Made by a program: the position numbers and the translations under genes
Notes under the pieces: model-generated
Told to the model about the DNA's origin: nothing
Databases searched by the model: none
The model's input: only the letters and a program-made list of their open reading frames with translations
In this document: in pieces, positions 13,649-26,955 of the stretch
Position numbering within the stretch: position 1 is the first letter of the stretch
Layout: each line of letters begins with the position of its first letter
Source: Octopus sinensis
Taxonomy: Eukaryota
NCBI RefSeq assembly: GCF_006345805.1
Contig: NC_043004.1
Location: 59,830,001-59,894,000 of the forward strand
Reading direction: 5' to 3'
DNA: 64,000 nt

Positions 13649-14629
13649 ATTTGCAAACTGAACTTACGCTACGCTTCTCAGTTTTGTAGGGATACGTATA
13701 TGACACGATGACTGTTAGTGCATCTACACAATGACCCCATCTGTCCTTTTGTCTGGTTTTTAAATATTATTTCCAACTTTATATCCTCACCAAAGTTCCA
13801 TTTAACGAAGCCACAAAACTTACCATTTCCGTTACCAGTACACTTAACATTTTAGAAACCAACATTCGATCTACAATCATTTAATACACACAAAAGTTAT
13901 TGAAATGTAACACATGGTTGCTGGATCGCGCTATAAAGTTTATTAAAAGTTTTCCTTTCTTCTGCCTGGGTTTATCATCTCTGTGTACATGTTAGGCTAC
14001 GTGTTGGTTGCTCAACACTTCTGAGAAACAAATAGAGTTTGAAAGAAATGTGATTTTTTGAACGAATGAAAAAAGATCAACATTTCTTTTAATTTTGTCG
14101 GGTATTGAAAATTATTTTCACTTTTATTTTCTTTACAATTCAACTACAATGTTGCTATGAACGAAACCGTATAAAATAAGATTCATTTAAGAGTTTCTGT
14201 GATAGTAGACGAAGCAAAGAAATTACTGAAACCAATTGATATACAGTCATTGTGCCAACAACATATACACACAAAATGCATACAACTACATACAGACAAT
14301 TCTACACTTATGCACTTATATCTAAATACTTATGCATGAATCTTTTACTGAAAATCATCATACTCCCTGGCACTTTACAAATATTATTTGCAATAAGTTG
14401 TTTGAAATGTATTATTTCTCTGATAATCGTTAATATTATTGAAGGTTCGATAGAAGGTGTAGCGATTCCAATTAATGGATTTTGTGGTTTACAGATGTCC
14501 GTATGATAGTGTTTTCAGTTCAATTTCCACCGCTGCCGCCTGAACAAAAAAAGGCTGTCTACACATATTCTCATCACACTAGCTCTGTTCTGTCTACAGA
14601 GATTAAATATATGCCAAAATATGTAATCA

Positions 14630-15185
14630 ATTTGATTTAAAATTGGTTTCAAATTTTGGCAGGTTAGCTAGCTCAGGAGACGGGGTAAGTTTATTATATC
14701 GATCCAAGGACCCCGAAATGATGACGGGCAAATTAACCTCGGCAGAATTTGAGATCGGAACATAATGAAGAGCGAAATGATGCTAAGCATCATACCCGAC
14801 GCTAAACATAAAGGGGACAAACAAGGACGGACAAACGGATTGAATCGATTACATCGACCCCAGTGCGTAACTGGTACTTAATTTATCGACCCCGAAAGGA
14901 TGAAAGGCAAAGTAGGCCTCGGCGGAATTTGAACCCATAACGTAATGGCAGACGAAATACCTGTTTCTTTACTACCCACAATGGGTTAAACACAGAGATG
15001 ACAAACAAGGACAGACAAACGGATTAAGTCGATTATATCGACCCCAGTGCGTAACTGGTACTTATTTAATCGACCCCGAAAGGATGAAAGGCAAAGTCGA
15101 CCTCGGCGGAATTTCAACTCAGAACATAGCGGCAGATGAAATACTGCTAAGCATTTCGCCCGGCGTGCTAACGATTCTGCTAGAT
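14630..15185 (-). mobile_element. Three adjacent S3 SINE units, including a head-to-tail dimer with period about 180 bp
   Basis: Core atcgaccccgaaaggatgaaaggcaaagtcgacctcggcggaattt repeated near 14885 and 15070, degenerate near 14710; tRNA-like head gctaacgattctgc at 15166-15180. Confidence 0.88.
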
Positions 15186-15751
15186 TACGAACTTAAATCG
15201 GTTTAATGCTCACAAAACTTTTCTCACCACGTTATTGTCTATTACCTGGCGCTTTTTCATTGCAATTATTACTTAGATTAAACGTTTAAAAATTACTTAC
15301 TCTCGCATATCTTCGATTTTTTCCTCTGCTTTACGCATCTCTTATATATTTCAGACATTTTGTAAATATTTGCTCAAAATTTTCAGACACGGATTCCGCC
15401 ATGTATTTATTATATTGCTCATTAATGATAAAACAACAAAAAATAATTGGATTTACATAAAAAGATAGATTTTGTAATCTTAATATTTTGTAATCTTAAT
15501 AGGTTATAATATTATCTATTAACCTTTCCTCTGTAAACCACTATGCTTATTTATTAAATCTTCAGTGCTTCATTAGTTAACAATATTGGATTGAGACAGA
15601 ATGCCATTATATCAAGGCAGTATGGAGATAATTTCTCCCCCTGTACATATAGAGACAATGAAGTTAGACTTCTGTTAGGCAAATTGAAAACATAATTCCA
15701 TAACGATGTTATATACGCGTACGATAACTTTTATTTTAAATTATGACAGCA

Positions 15752-15895
15752 AGATGACAGAATCTTTAGCATACCGGACGAAATACTTAGCGGTACATCG
15801 TCCATCTTAGTTATGAGCCCACCTTCTGCTGAAATCGAATTTTCCGTTCAATCTTTTGGGGGTTCATAAAAGAAGAACCAGTTGAGCACTGAAGA
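15752..15895 (+). mobile_element. S3 SINE, degenerate
   Basis: gacagaatctttagcataccggacgaaatacttagcggta...aaccagttgagcactg. Confidence 0.6.
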
Positions 15896-17212
15896 CGACA
15901 TACCCCTAGGTGTGAGTATATAAAAAAGAACTGCATCCCTTTGCCCAGCCATACCGAGCTAGTGTAACAGACTAGGCTCATAGATCGAGTATGATCTGAA
16001 GTATTTCTCTGATGCAGGGAACATGCTGAGACCTTCATCCGGCAATGGACCGAGCATGGAAAATCCAATGCACAAACATCATACACACATGCGTACAGAA
16101 ACAAAGATTTGCGTTTTTCTTATCAGAGCCTGTGACCTTTCGCAGGGCCTCAGAAATGAATGGGTGTATAGAAAGTATCTTCAAAGCGGTCATCCCCTCC
16201 ATCATAATTTCAAAGTAGAGTTACATGTTGTTAAATGCTTAAGCAAAGAGGGCACACGACTTTGCATCTATAACACATTCTGGTAACCATGTTAGGATAA
16301 AAAATATTGGAGCATTAACGGTTTTTTTTTTGTTTTCCTTTCAATATTATGTTGTACTACAGAATGTCACTGAAAACATTTTAGTCAATATCATATTGTT
16401 AGACAGCTGCATTGCTTAAAACTGTACGTAGAGAAACATTCTGTACTGCAGCATGGCTTCGAAACAAGACATAGTTAATGCACCAATAATAGGCGTGCAT
16501 ATGGATCCCTAGTAGTCACAAAAATTGCGCGCACCCACACACACACCTACACACACACACACACATACATATGCGCACACAGACACACACATACATACGC
16601 ACACACACACATACATACGCACACACACACACACACAAATCAATCATGTCGCACACATTCATAACCTAAGTGCTGCCTTCATTTCAACAAAACATCGTTG
16701 TCACTTACTTCGTACACATTCTCACACACACACACGTGTGTGTGTGAGTGCTGTATGAGCATGTGCGTGCTTATGTGCAACTAAGACACATGATAAAATT
16801 TACGTCAAAGTCTGGTCGAATGTAACTTTCTCCTATCGGGTGGATACGAATTCTCTAGAATAGCCATTTTATCAATTGAAAAGGTGTTAGTGAAGATCAT
16901 TAGTAACAAATTACTTTGCATTAACAAGGGAAAGGCTAGGAAATAATTAGTGAATTATGTCGGTTCCAACCTTTGTTAGAATCATTGTTACCAAACCTCT
17001 TTGGTTTCCATATGCATGCAAGGTAAGCACTTACATATTTGTTGTAAGTTTAGCTGCTATGGAAGTGCTATCACTAATGTTTGTTTGAAACACGAAAGGA
17101 GCGACCATCCTCATCCTAATTTCTGCACCATCTTTCGTCAAGGTCCCTATTGACTCTTTTGAGATTTTAGCTTACACAGGTTTAAACGTTGGAGCTTTAT
17201 ATTTTTATATAG

Positions 17213-17506
17213 GCGCAGGCATGGCTGTGTGGTAAGAATAACCACATGGTTTCGGTTTCAGTCCCACTACGTAGCACCATGGACAAGTGTCTTTATGTAT
17301 ATACGCTTGTCTCCTACCACTACTTGACAACAGCTGTTGGTTTTTATACGTCCCCGTAAGTTAGCTTTGGACAAAAAGAAACAGATATAATAAGTACCAG
17401 ACTTTAAAAAAATACTGGGGTCAATTCGTTCTACTAAAAGTTCTGCAAGGATATGCCCCAGCATGACCGCAGCCTCCTGACTGTAACAGATAAAAGATAA
17501 AAGATA
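17213..17506 (+). mobile_element. S1-related SINE, internally deleted and diverged
   Basis: ggcgcaggcatggctgtgtggtaag...cagtcccact...gtccccgtaagttag...ccagcatgaccgcag...gataaaagataaaag. Confidence 0.82.
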
Positions 17507-18334
17507 TTTAATATTGAATTCACGAAAGTTTTGCTTCCATTCTCCTTGAGGTGTACATAGTTGGAATACCCTTTGGTTCTGAGATTTGAATAAAGATTTT
17601 TGCCGTGCCTGTGTGTGACTGGAGTTAATGCAGCCATCTTTCCTTTAGACATTTATTAAATTATATTCTCTTTTATTCCTCCTACTTTTAATCTTCGATG
17701 ATGAAATAAATCACACCACATAAAAGAAAATCATTAACACATTATCTAACATTAAAGAAATCACCGAACACCTCTAGAACTTCTCACTTTCTCGCTCATA
17801 CACATTCACATTGCGGCCATTTTATAATACCCGCACGCACACACTGATACGTTAGCGTTCACATGTATAACATATGATGAACAAAACCAAAAGTAAGAAT
17901 ATCTAGTCGAATAGAAAATGCAATAAACAGAGGAACACACAGAATTTCAGAGTTTCCGTTAACGATAAATATAATGGAAGATGATATTTTTAATTGACAC
18001 TTCGCATTTTTATTTTGTGGACAGATTTGTTTCGTTGTTGAGAAAGATGTTTTTCAGCCTTGAAACTCACTCTTCAATATGACTTCTTTACCCAGCAAAA
18101 TATTTCTAACATATTCAGCAGTGACATAAAGACATAGACTCTTCTGCGAGCAAGTCTTGCATTTCCATCCGCAAAATAAAATTTAAATTATACTCGATTA
18201 CTAGGAATATCTTCTTTAAATTAATATCCCCCCATTTATTGCAGAAGTTATTAGCATTAATGAGTTTAATGAAACTCTAGTTGTGGGATAAGATAAATAG
18301 GTAAATGTCAAAATTGGCATTGTGTAGAAATATG

Positions 18335-19560
18335 CAAGCGTCTACTGGAAAGTTCACAGGGTGACCAAGATTCTCTCATGCAATGGGAACAAATGATGTT
18401 TATTTTTCAACATGGTACCACTTACGGCTTACAGCTTTCTTCCGTCGGCGTTGCAGTGCATATATCTCATTGAGGAAGAAGTTATCTTTCTGTTGGTCAT
18501 AAAAGTCAACAACAGCAGATATGAGGTCATCACCACTGCGTTACTGGTTCCTAGGCAAATGATTAGGTCATCTTGGGGGAACAAATGATAGACTAATGAA
18601 GCCAAATCAGGGAAGCAGGGATTGTAATCAAGCAGTTCAAAGCCAGCGAAGACGCGTGGCTTAATGGTTAGGAGCGTTGGACTCATGATCGTAGGATTCT
18701 GGTTTCGATTCCTGGACCGGGCGATGTATCGTTTTCTTGAGTAAAACATTTCATTACACGTTGCTCCAGTCTACTCAGCAGGCAAAAAGGAGTAATCCTG
18801 CGATGGACCAGCGTCCCATCCCGGTGGAGAATATATACGCTATGATAACCGGCAAACCAGCCCTTATGAGTCGGCATGCCTCGAGTAGGAAACTCTGTCT
18901 TTTAGCTCAAATCCACTGTTGCACACAACTAGAATTGAGACCAAGGACGTGTCTGCTGGAGAATTGTCCTGGAGAAACAAGATCCCCCTTTCGTCAGTTT
19001 TCCTGTTTCAGCAAGTGGAGGTTAGTCAATGAACACGATGATTTTCCGTCCCTAAAAGCTGACGCCATTACATTCCCTGCCGATGAAACGACCACAGCAA
19101 ATAAAGAGCGGGGTGTTGCACTGCATGGATCATTTCCTTGTCTCTTGCTGAAAGCGAGGATCCCAGCACTCATCCTAGGGTAAGAAACGTACAAAGAAAA
19201 TTGCTGGACATACCTGAAATAATGTCAGTTGATAAGGTGTCAGAACACGTGGCATCCACGGAGCAGACACCTTTGTCATACCAAGTTGATTGTACAGAAA
19301 ATTCTCAACTCTCTCATAGGTTATGCTAATAGCATTCGCTCTTTGATTTATAGTCAATCGCCTATAATCCATCTCCATTTGGTGAACACGATCAATGTTT
19401 TCTTCAGTGGTGGTAATTTCACAATTTCCACACCTTGGGTCATCGTCAAGATCCACCTTTCATCATCTAATTTCAGCTGCCAATTTTTATACTGTCGATA
19501 CGAGTGATGACGCTCGTAAGACAGTAGCATCATCTCCTTACGTATCAATTATGTGACACT
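18335..19560 (-). mobile_element. Mariner (DD34D-like) transposase relic interrupted by a SINE
   Basis: Minus fragments: LDDDPRCG...TTEENIDRVH...LGMTKVSAPWMPRVLT (WVPRxL-like), SAGNVMASAF, QDNSPA, GFELLDYNPCFPDLASLVYHLFP (YSPDLAPSD-like). Confidence 0.85.
18648..18900 (+). mobile_element. tRNA-headed SINE with cctgcgatggac...cgtcccatcc core/tail, inserted in the mariner
   Basis: A-box-like gtggcttaatggttagg and B-box-like ggtttcgattcc. Tail shared with the S2 copy at 26644. Diverged TSD-like flanks (agttcaaagcca / agctcaaatcca). Confidence 0.8.
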
Positions 19561-20315
19561 AAATGTAGGTTAAACCCGTTTCTGCGGTACTTGACACCAC
19601 TACGATGCCAAATTCTGTCCCTTGTTACGAGAAGTCGTTACCAATTACATCTGAAGTGTTTTTTGAACAGACAGATGTTGTTTACCTAGAAATAATCAAT
19701 GCAATTTTTAATAAGAATGATTGCAATTAATGCATCCATGTTTTAACAGCTGTAGCATCACTCCTTCATTGATAGCATATGAACTTTACAGCTCACTCGT
19801 AACTAAGTACAGTAGGTATTTTCTTGATCTTCTAGGTATTCCACTAGAATACACATGCGCGAGCACAAACGTGTTAAAAGAGGCAGGTACATTCTCGAAT
19901 GTACAATTGTTCTCATTTGTGACTACATAACAAAGAAGTATCTGAACATAAAAAATAAATAATTGGGTGATGATTACGAGACAAACTATGGTAGTATAGG
20001 TAGGTAATATTTAGTGATCGTAATTATAAGATGAAAAAGAAAAATATCCTGGGAGAACTGATGTAGAAGATCAACAAAGAATTGATAGGCGTGACGAGGA
20101 AAAAGCTGAGAATGTTGTGTGTTCAGAGATGAAGTGTGTCAGGCTATGGAATATAATTGGAGATATACTATATTGATGACCAATTTTGAATAATCTTGAC
20201 ATGGATATTAGAGCACTCTAAGAGCAAATTCTAGGTGGATGGTGAAAAAGTTGATGTGGATGAGGTCCACGATGTCAGTTAGGAGCTCAATATTAATGTT
20301 GATAGTATGGGGGGG

Positions 20316-20522
20316 GGGGCTGGCTGGCTGAATCATGAGCACGCTAGGCAAATTGTGTAGCGGTATTTTGTTGGTCTCTACGTTCTGAGCTCAAATTCCG
20401 CCCTAGCAACTTTGATTATCATCATATTGATGAAAACAATATCAGTTGAGCACTGGGGTGAATGTAATTTACTTACCCCCTATCTGAACTTGCTGTCCCT
20501 TATGTCATAATTTGAAATCAAC
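20316..20522 (+). mobile_element. S3 SINE, degenerate
   Basis: ctacgttctgagctcaaattccgcc...cagttgagcactggggtgaatgtaatt...aatttgaaatca. Confidence 0.7.
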
Positions 20523-21895
20523 GTTAATGTTGCTTGTATTGGTGGTAATGATCATATCTGGAAAGAGAAGGAACATTAAACTGAAACTGTATTCCTAAAG
20601 GCATAAATTACTTTTCTTCAATATTTTACATTTTTAGCAGTCCATGCGTTGAAGTAAAATATTTTCCCTTATAATAGCAAGTATTATTTATTAAGTCGTT
20701 TCTGCTATAAAGTAAGCGTGGGTGATTTGATTTCTGCATATATTTTCATCCACTGAGACAGAAAAATTAAAGTTGACTCTGGCTTTAATTAAGTCTTTTT
20801 CTGTTATGAGAAAGAAATTTAATTAAAGTATGCAAGTCATAAATATTCCATTATTCTGCTATTCAAAAACGATTCCAGTTATTTAGTTATATTATATATT
20901 TTATGACGTAAGTCATAAATATTTCGTTCCATTGTTGAATAGAAATTGTATATTGGGAAATAATTTAACGGAATAAGGATGTAATTACGTGAACTCATTA
21001 ATATACACAATAGAGAGGCTAATTATCTCGTGAAAGTTTAGATGTAATCTCCAAGATGCTTAATAAAATTCCCACCAAATCCATGTCAATTCAAGCACCC
21101 TTTCCATAGGGACGATGCAACAAATAGCAGTTCATTACTCAATTCAAACCACGCGAACTCTTCCTAGCACTCAGATGGTCGGGCGACAAAATAAGATATC
21201 AGTATCGGTCAATAATTTCAATATTCTTATATATTACTCAACTTTGGTATAACCTATGTTTCTGAAAGCGCATTTTAAGACAGCCCGGGGTTATATGCTA
21301 AACAATATCAAGGGCTTTACGAAGTTAGGCGGGTTTTAATACAATTTTATTGGAAAATAGCTGTTTAATAAAAACAAAAGGGTAGTCATGTTTTTTTTTT
21401 TTCAAAATCATACGGTATATGTGTTAATTGCTATATGAATATGGTTTAGCTCTAAGGCTATTTTTGTTTCATTTAGCTCCTTACACTCATTGACATTGGT
21501 ATTGCGAAATACATAGATTAAATAATATATGGCGAAAGTAATACATCATTGGTTCCTATAACACACAAGTCCAAGTTTATGTATAAAATGCAAAATATGA
21601 ATTCTTTTATACTATATGACAAAATAGAATGAGTTCATCAACGATATAAGATAGTGATTGCCTAGTTTAGACAAATGGTTGTAACTGCCATATTTCATTT
21701 ACAAACTTAATACCGAAAGTAAATCTGTAAACATTACCGACTTTCACATACCACTCACCTTTTCCTGTTTTTCTTAACATTTTAACATCAATGTTTGTAA
21801 AAAAAATGTATATTTCATTCTTTGAAAAATACCGTATTAAAGATTTGGCAAATGTTCGTTACGTTCTTTTTAAAGAGAGGAATATTATTTCATAT

Positions 21896-21933
<38 letters not shown>

Positions 21934-21935
<2 letters not shown>

Positions 21936-22098
21936 CGCAGGAGTTGCTGTGTGGTAAGTAGCTTGCTAACCAGCCACATGGTTACGGGTTCAGTCCCACT
22001 GCATGGCATCTTGGGCAAGTGTCTTCTGCTATAGCCCCGGGCCGACCAATGGCTTGTGAGTGGATTTGGCTGACGGAAACTGAAAGAAGCCTGTCGTA

Positions 22099-22155
<57 letters not shown>

Positions 22156-22370
22156 ACGTGTTTGTGTGTCTGTGTTTGTCCCCCTATCATTGCTTGACAA
22201 CCGATGCTGGTGTGTTTACGTCCCCGTCACTTAGCGGTTCGGCAAAAGAGACCGATAGAATAAGTACTGGGCTTACAAAGAATAAATCCCAGGGTCTCGA
22301 CTAAAGGCGGTGCTGCAGCATGGCCGCAGTCAAATAACTGAAACAAGTAAAAGAGTAAAAGAGTAAAGAG
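21934..22370 (+). mobile_element. S1 SINE, full length, immediately after (TA)n
   Basis: Complete head, internal (TA)n(TG)n, tail gtaaaagagtaaaagagtaaagag. Confidence 0.93.
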
Positions 22371-23261
22371 TATACTTGAATTTGAAAAGAATAATTTTTA
22401 GATTAAAAAATGAAATATTTCCATATTAGTCATATTTTCTTCGCAGAAGCCTGATTCTTTTACTTTGCATTTGACACCTGTCTATAGTTTAGAAAATAAC
22501 AAGTTTGAAATTATACATTTTCTCTCGCCTACATTTATCGAAGAGGTCATTGAGGATTGCCAGTAATCAGTATGCTTGCTTGACAGCTTTAGAGATTCTC
22601 CAAATACTAAGTGCATAGAAATTGAAATTAACTAAATTCGTGTCACATCTAGACAAGTTATTTCTCTGTATACAGCCGCACATACGGACACACAGGCACA
22701 CATACAACCATAAAAACCTATCTGAAAATATGTATATGTGCGTGTGTATTTGTGTACACATAAGATCCAGGAAACTTCAAAGTCCATCATTGAAAGGTCA
22801 ACGCTTCTAGTGACTTTTAACAAATTTTTGAATTACTCTGACTTGGCTGTTTTTATGTAACTGGGTATTCTGTTATGTCTCCAGATATTAAATCCAATTA
22901 TTATATTCCCTTTTCAAAATACAACGCAATTTTACGAGTTGGCTCAAGTTAAATTGTATAACGTACTGTTGGAATACAACTGTATATGGAGCTTGAATAA
23001 TACGCGTTACATCACAACTGCCATCAGCCTGATATTGACTTCATTTTTTTAAAATGCTGTTATATCTTAATGACTGTTATTTGAGAATGTAAGTATCAAT
23101 ATCGTCTGTAGTGCTTTGGGTGCTGACAAAATTGCATGCAGTATACTTACCACTTTTCGTTTAAATGGTAACTTGTGCTGTTCTTAAGAAACCCCCTTTT
23201 GTTAGACACTGTGTTTGATATATAAAGCACGGTTAGATCTCAAAGAATGTTATTGCATTTA

Positions 23262-23451
23262 TTGTTATATTTCGGAATGGTCATTTTGCCAGTTTAGCCA
23301 ATAAAAACACACGCACTATATATTTGGTGTTATTTTGCTTCAGTGTTATTTATTTTTTACATTAATCTTAAACTTATTTCGGCCACCAAACATATAGTGC
23401 GTGTGTTTTTATTGGCTAAACTGGCAAAATGACCATTCCGAAATATAACAA
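23262..23451. mobile_element. MITE-like element with about 70-bp terminal inverted repeats, flanked by TA
   Basis: 23260-23329 is the reverse complement of 23384-23453 with one mismatch; 54-bp spacer; TA on both sides, consistent with a Tc1/mariner TSD. Confidence 0.8.
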
Positions 23452-24270
23452 TATCTGTTCAACACACGACTTCACATAAAAAATCTTGCACAACAAATAT
23501 TTAAACGTACTAATGTTATTGCAGTTTATGAGTAACGAAAACAATTGCACTGGATGTAGACAAATAACAGCTTAGTGCATTTAGCCTGTGAATGTCAAAT
23601 CCAAGATCCTGAATAGTACATTAAATCTATTAAATCACTATTTAATAGTCTCTGTTTATGATGATACGTACGCCTGTTATGGTTGTCATCGGTTCTTCAT
23701 TTCTATTTTTTTTTCTTTTGGGATGCAATGGGGATTACCCTCCTTATTATATTTCTACGACATTCACAAACGATACCTTAGGATTTATATCGACTTATGG
23801 CTCAAAAAAAATATGGGATCAACATTGATTCTTAAAATTTCTTAATTATTGTTGTTAATTATACTTGTCGTTTCAGGTTGTATTCTATCACATTTGCTAA
23901 GATTGAACCTATTGTGGCGATGTCAATTTAGATCGGAGGCACTAAGAGGGTGTGAGTACCACATATGGTGTTGTTGAGAAAATTTACAACACCCACCTTT
24001 TATTCAGTTAGTCATTTATCAGCTGTTTTCTTTACTTTTTTTCTACTTTTCGTAACCAGTGTAAAAACGAATGAAAGTAAATAACTGAAATCACTAAAAA
24101 AATCTTTATATTTCAAGTCTGCAACGAAAAAGCTTAAGCCATATGATACACACGCATATATACATATAAACGCACACCGGGATATACACAGTTATCTTAA
24201 TACCGATATGTCACACACGGCACACATGCATACATACAAACACATTACACTTATACACTGACACAAATTG

Positions 24271-24336
<66 letters not shown>

Positions 24337-24885
24337 TTGAATGTACATGTATATGCGCGTAATGTGTGTGTATATATATGTGAGTGTGTATGTGTATGTG
24401 CGTATGTGTGTGTTTGTGTGTCTTGTAGAAAAGCGAAAGAAAATCTAATGATTAATAGTGAAAGAAATTTAAAAAATTCTTTTATTTCAAATTTTAGAGT
24501 AACTGTTGAATAAGATGTATGGTTGAGATGGAAACAATATATCTTATTGGCGCCATAATATATTTGCAAGGTGTCCGACTGTGCCAGGCAGACGATGAGA
24601 TTCTTAACCAGACAGTCTCAATGCAAGAAACCTATTAGTTCCAATTAGAGTCTCAAATAGACTTTTATTTTTTTTTTTAAATGTAAGACATTAGTTCTAA
24701 GCTGCTGGCAAACATATTTACTCGTAATATCATGGCTTGTAACATATTGTTCCTCTGAATAAATATTGTTGATGCTGTTAATCAAGAAATGAAAGGCACG
24801 GTAGAGGATCGAGTTAAACATTTTGCAGTAATTCAAATGATACTTTTCTTTCTCACCTCAAATCACCCCCACTTTTTGTTGTATT

Positions 24886-25105
24886 TAGAGACATCTATTT
24901 GAATATTGTTAGTTCAAAGGCCACCACTGCTAACGCTAACTTCCATGTTTTTTTTTTCTATTACAAGCAAATAAATTCTTATAGGGAAAAACATCTTCAC
25001 CTGACACCGGAAATATTTAATCATCGCGGAGATCTCTCTAGTTGTTTCATAAATTTCGTACAGGTTCTGCAATAACACATACAGGTCTCAAAGGCTGATC
25101 CATTA
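24886..25105. repeat. About 215-bp direct repeat, copy 1 (copy 2 at 28296-28515)
   Basis: agacatctatttgaatattgttagttcaaa...catacaggtctcaaaggctga present twice with few substitutions. Confidence 0.93.
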
Positions 25106-25775
25106 TCATTATAATATATAACAACAGGGTACCTAAGCAGAATTAATTGGTCTTCACACAGTTCACATACATAAATTCAGAACTTCATGTGATGTAACTG
25201 AATATTAAAAAAAAAATTCTGTACGTTCTAGAGATTCACGCTCCTATACACGCACACACATGCAAACACGCACACACAAATACACGTTGAAATATGCTTT
25301 CGCAAACACCATGCACATATATATCAGTACATCAACATCTCAGAGCAAGAATGAATGGCCGGGTAATGCATGTAGTTGATGTCTGCTGAGCCAGAAACCA
25401 ATTTAGACTTGTATAATACGAAGATGCATCAACGGCGTCTTGAAAGATGAAGTAACTCACGACTTGGAACCAAGGATGTTATTTTGAATATATCAATTAA
25501 CATAGACTGTGTAGTGTCCTTAATTAGGTGGTAGTAATGAGGAGAAAATAATCCACAATTCATTGAGATATTGTCAAATTGGAGATGATAAAAGCATGTT
25601 GAATCAACTAATGATACATGGGGTACGTTAAACAAATGCCGTATAAAATATATCACTCAAAATCAGGCACTCCTGACAGGGTAATTGTGGTAGAGTATCC
25701 TCAAACCAAGTTTTAGTTATTAGGTTTCATTCAACCCGAGTTTCTACTAGATTGCCTAGCAACTGACGGAATGAA

Positions 25776-25858
25776 GACAAGTGTCTACTATTATAGCCTC
25801 GGGCCGACCAAAGTCTTGTGAGTGGATTTGGTAGAGGGAAACTGTAAGAAACCCGTCG

Positions 25859-25910
<52 letters not shown>

Positions 25911-26136
25911 TGTGTGTGTTTGTGTGTCTGTGTTTGTCCCCTAGCATTGCTTGACAACCGATACTGGTGTGTTTATGTCCCCGTTACTTAGCGGTTCGGC
26001 AAAAGAGACCGATAGAATAAGTCCTGGGCTTACAAAAGAATAAGTCCCGGGGTCGAGTTGCTCGATTAAAGGTGGTGCTCCAGCATGGCCGCAGTCAAAT
26101 GACTGAAACAAGTAAAAGAGTGAAAGAGTAAAGAGT
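25776..26136 (+). mobile_element. S1 SINE, 5'-truncated
   Basis: Starts at gacaagtgtctactattatagcctcgggccgacc; full tail present. Confidence 0.9.
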
Positions 26137-26139
26137 TTT

Positions 26140-26283
26140 TACGTTCAATGCCGTCGAGGTAGACTTTACTTTTCATCTTCTTCGGATAGATAAAATGAGT
26201 ACCAGTTGAACACAGGGGTCAAAGTAATCGACTTAAACGCACTTCGAAATTGCTGGCCTTGTGTCGAAATTTGGAATCAATAG
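26140..26283 (+). mobile_element. S3 SINE fragment
   Basis: gccgtcgaggtagactttac...gagtaccagttgaacacaggggtc...gaaattgctggccttgtg. Confidence 0.72.
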
Positions 26284-26407
26284 TAATACGAATATGAAAT
26301 AAAGAAACATGAGTTTCTTAATCGAAAATATTATAGAGTTGTCTATTGATGAATATTTCTATAATAACGTAATAATAGCTGCAATGTCTTAATACAGGAA
26401 TCACAGC

Positions 26408-26521
26408 TCCACCGGGGTCCTTTCGGGGTCGCTAAATTAAGTACCAGTTGCACACTGGCGTCGATCTAATTGATTGGCTCCCTTCCCCAAAATTTCGGGC
26501 CGTGTGCCTAGAGTAGAAAAG
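26408..26521 (+). mobile_element. 5'-truncated S3 SINE with 17-bp TSD
   Basis: aatacaggaatcacagc at 26391-26407 and 26522-26538 flanks cctttcggggtcgctaaattaagtaccag...gcctagagtagaaaag. Confidence 0.9.
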
Positions 26522-26643
26522 AATACAGGAATCACAGCCTTGTCTATGTCTATTTGTCTTCAACCAACTTTGGTTTTGAGCGAAAACCTTCTTGCTAAAC
26601 ATATCGAAATACCATCGGTATATTTCCCACTATATATAAAATA

Positions 26644-26955
26644 GTGGAAGCGCAATGGCCCAGTGGTTAGAGCAGCGGACTCGCGGTCGGAGGATCGCGG
26701 TTTCGATTCTCAGACCGGGATTGTATGTGTTTATTGAGGGAAAACACCTAAAGCTCCACGACGCTCCGGCAGAGGGCTGTGGTGACTTCTGTTGTACTCT
26801 TTCGCCCCAACTTTCTGTCACTCTCTCTTCCTGTTTCTTGAGTAACGCTGTGATGGACTGGCGTCCCGTCCAGCTGGAGTGGGGGGGGGGGCACAAACAC
26901 GCCACAGAAACCGGGAAACCGTGCCTGGCTAGCATTGAAAAGGGCGCATAAATAA
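26644..26955 (+). mobile_element. S2 SINE with tail 2
   Basis: Head gcgcaatggcccagtggttagagcagcggactcgcgg...ggtttcgattc; tail gctgtgatggactggcgtcccgtccag...acagaaaccggg. Confidence 0.9.

Noticed and set aside
26644-26715. tRNA genes at SINE heads (S1, S2, S3)
   Set aside because: A/B boxes are present but I cannot form a full cloverleaf, and each continues into a multi-copy SINE body
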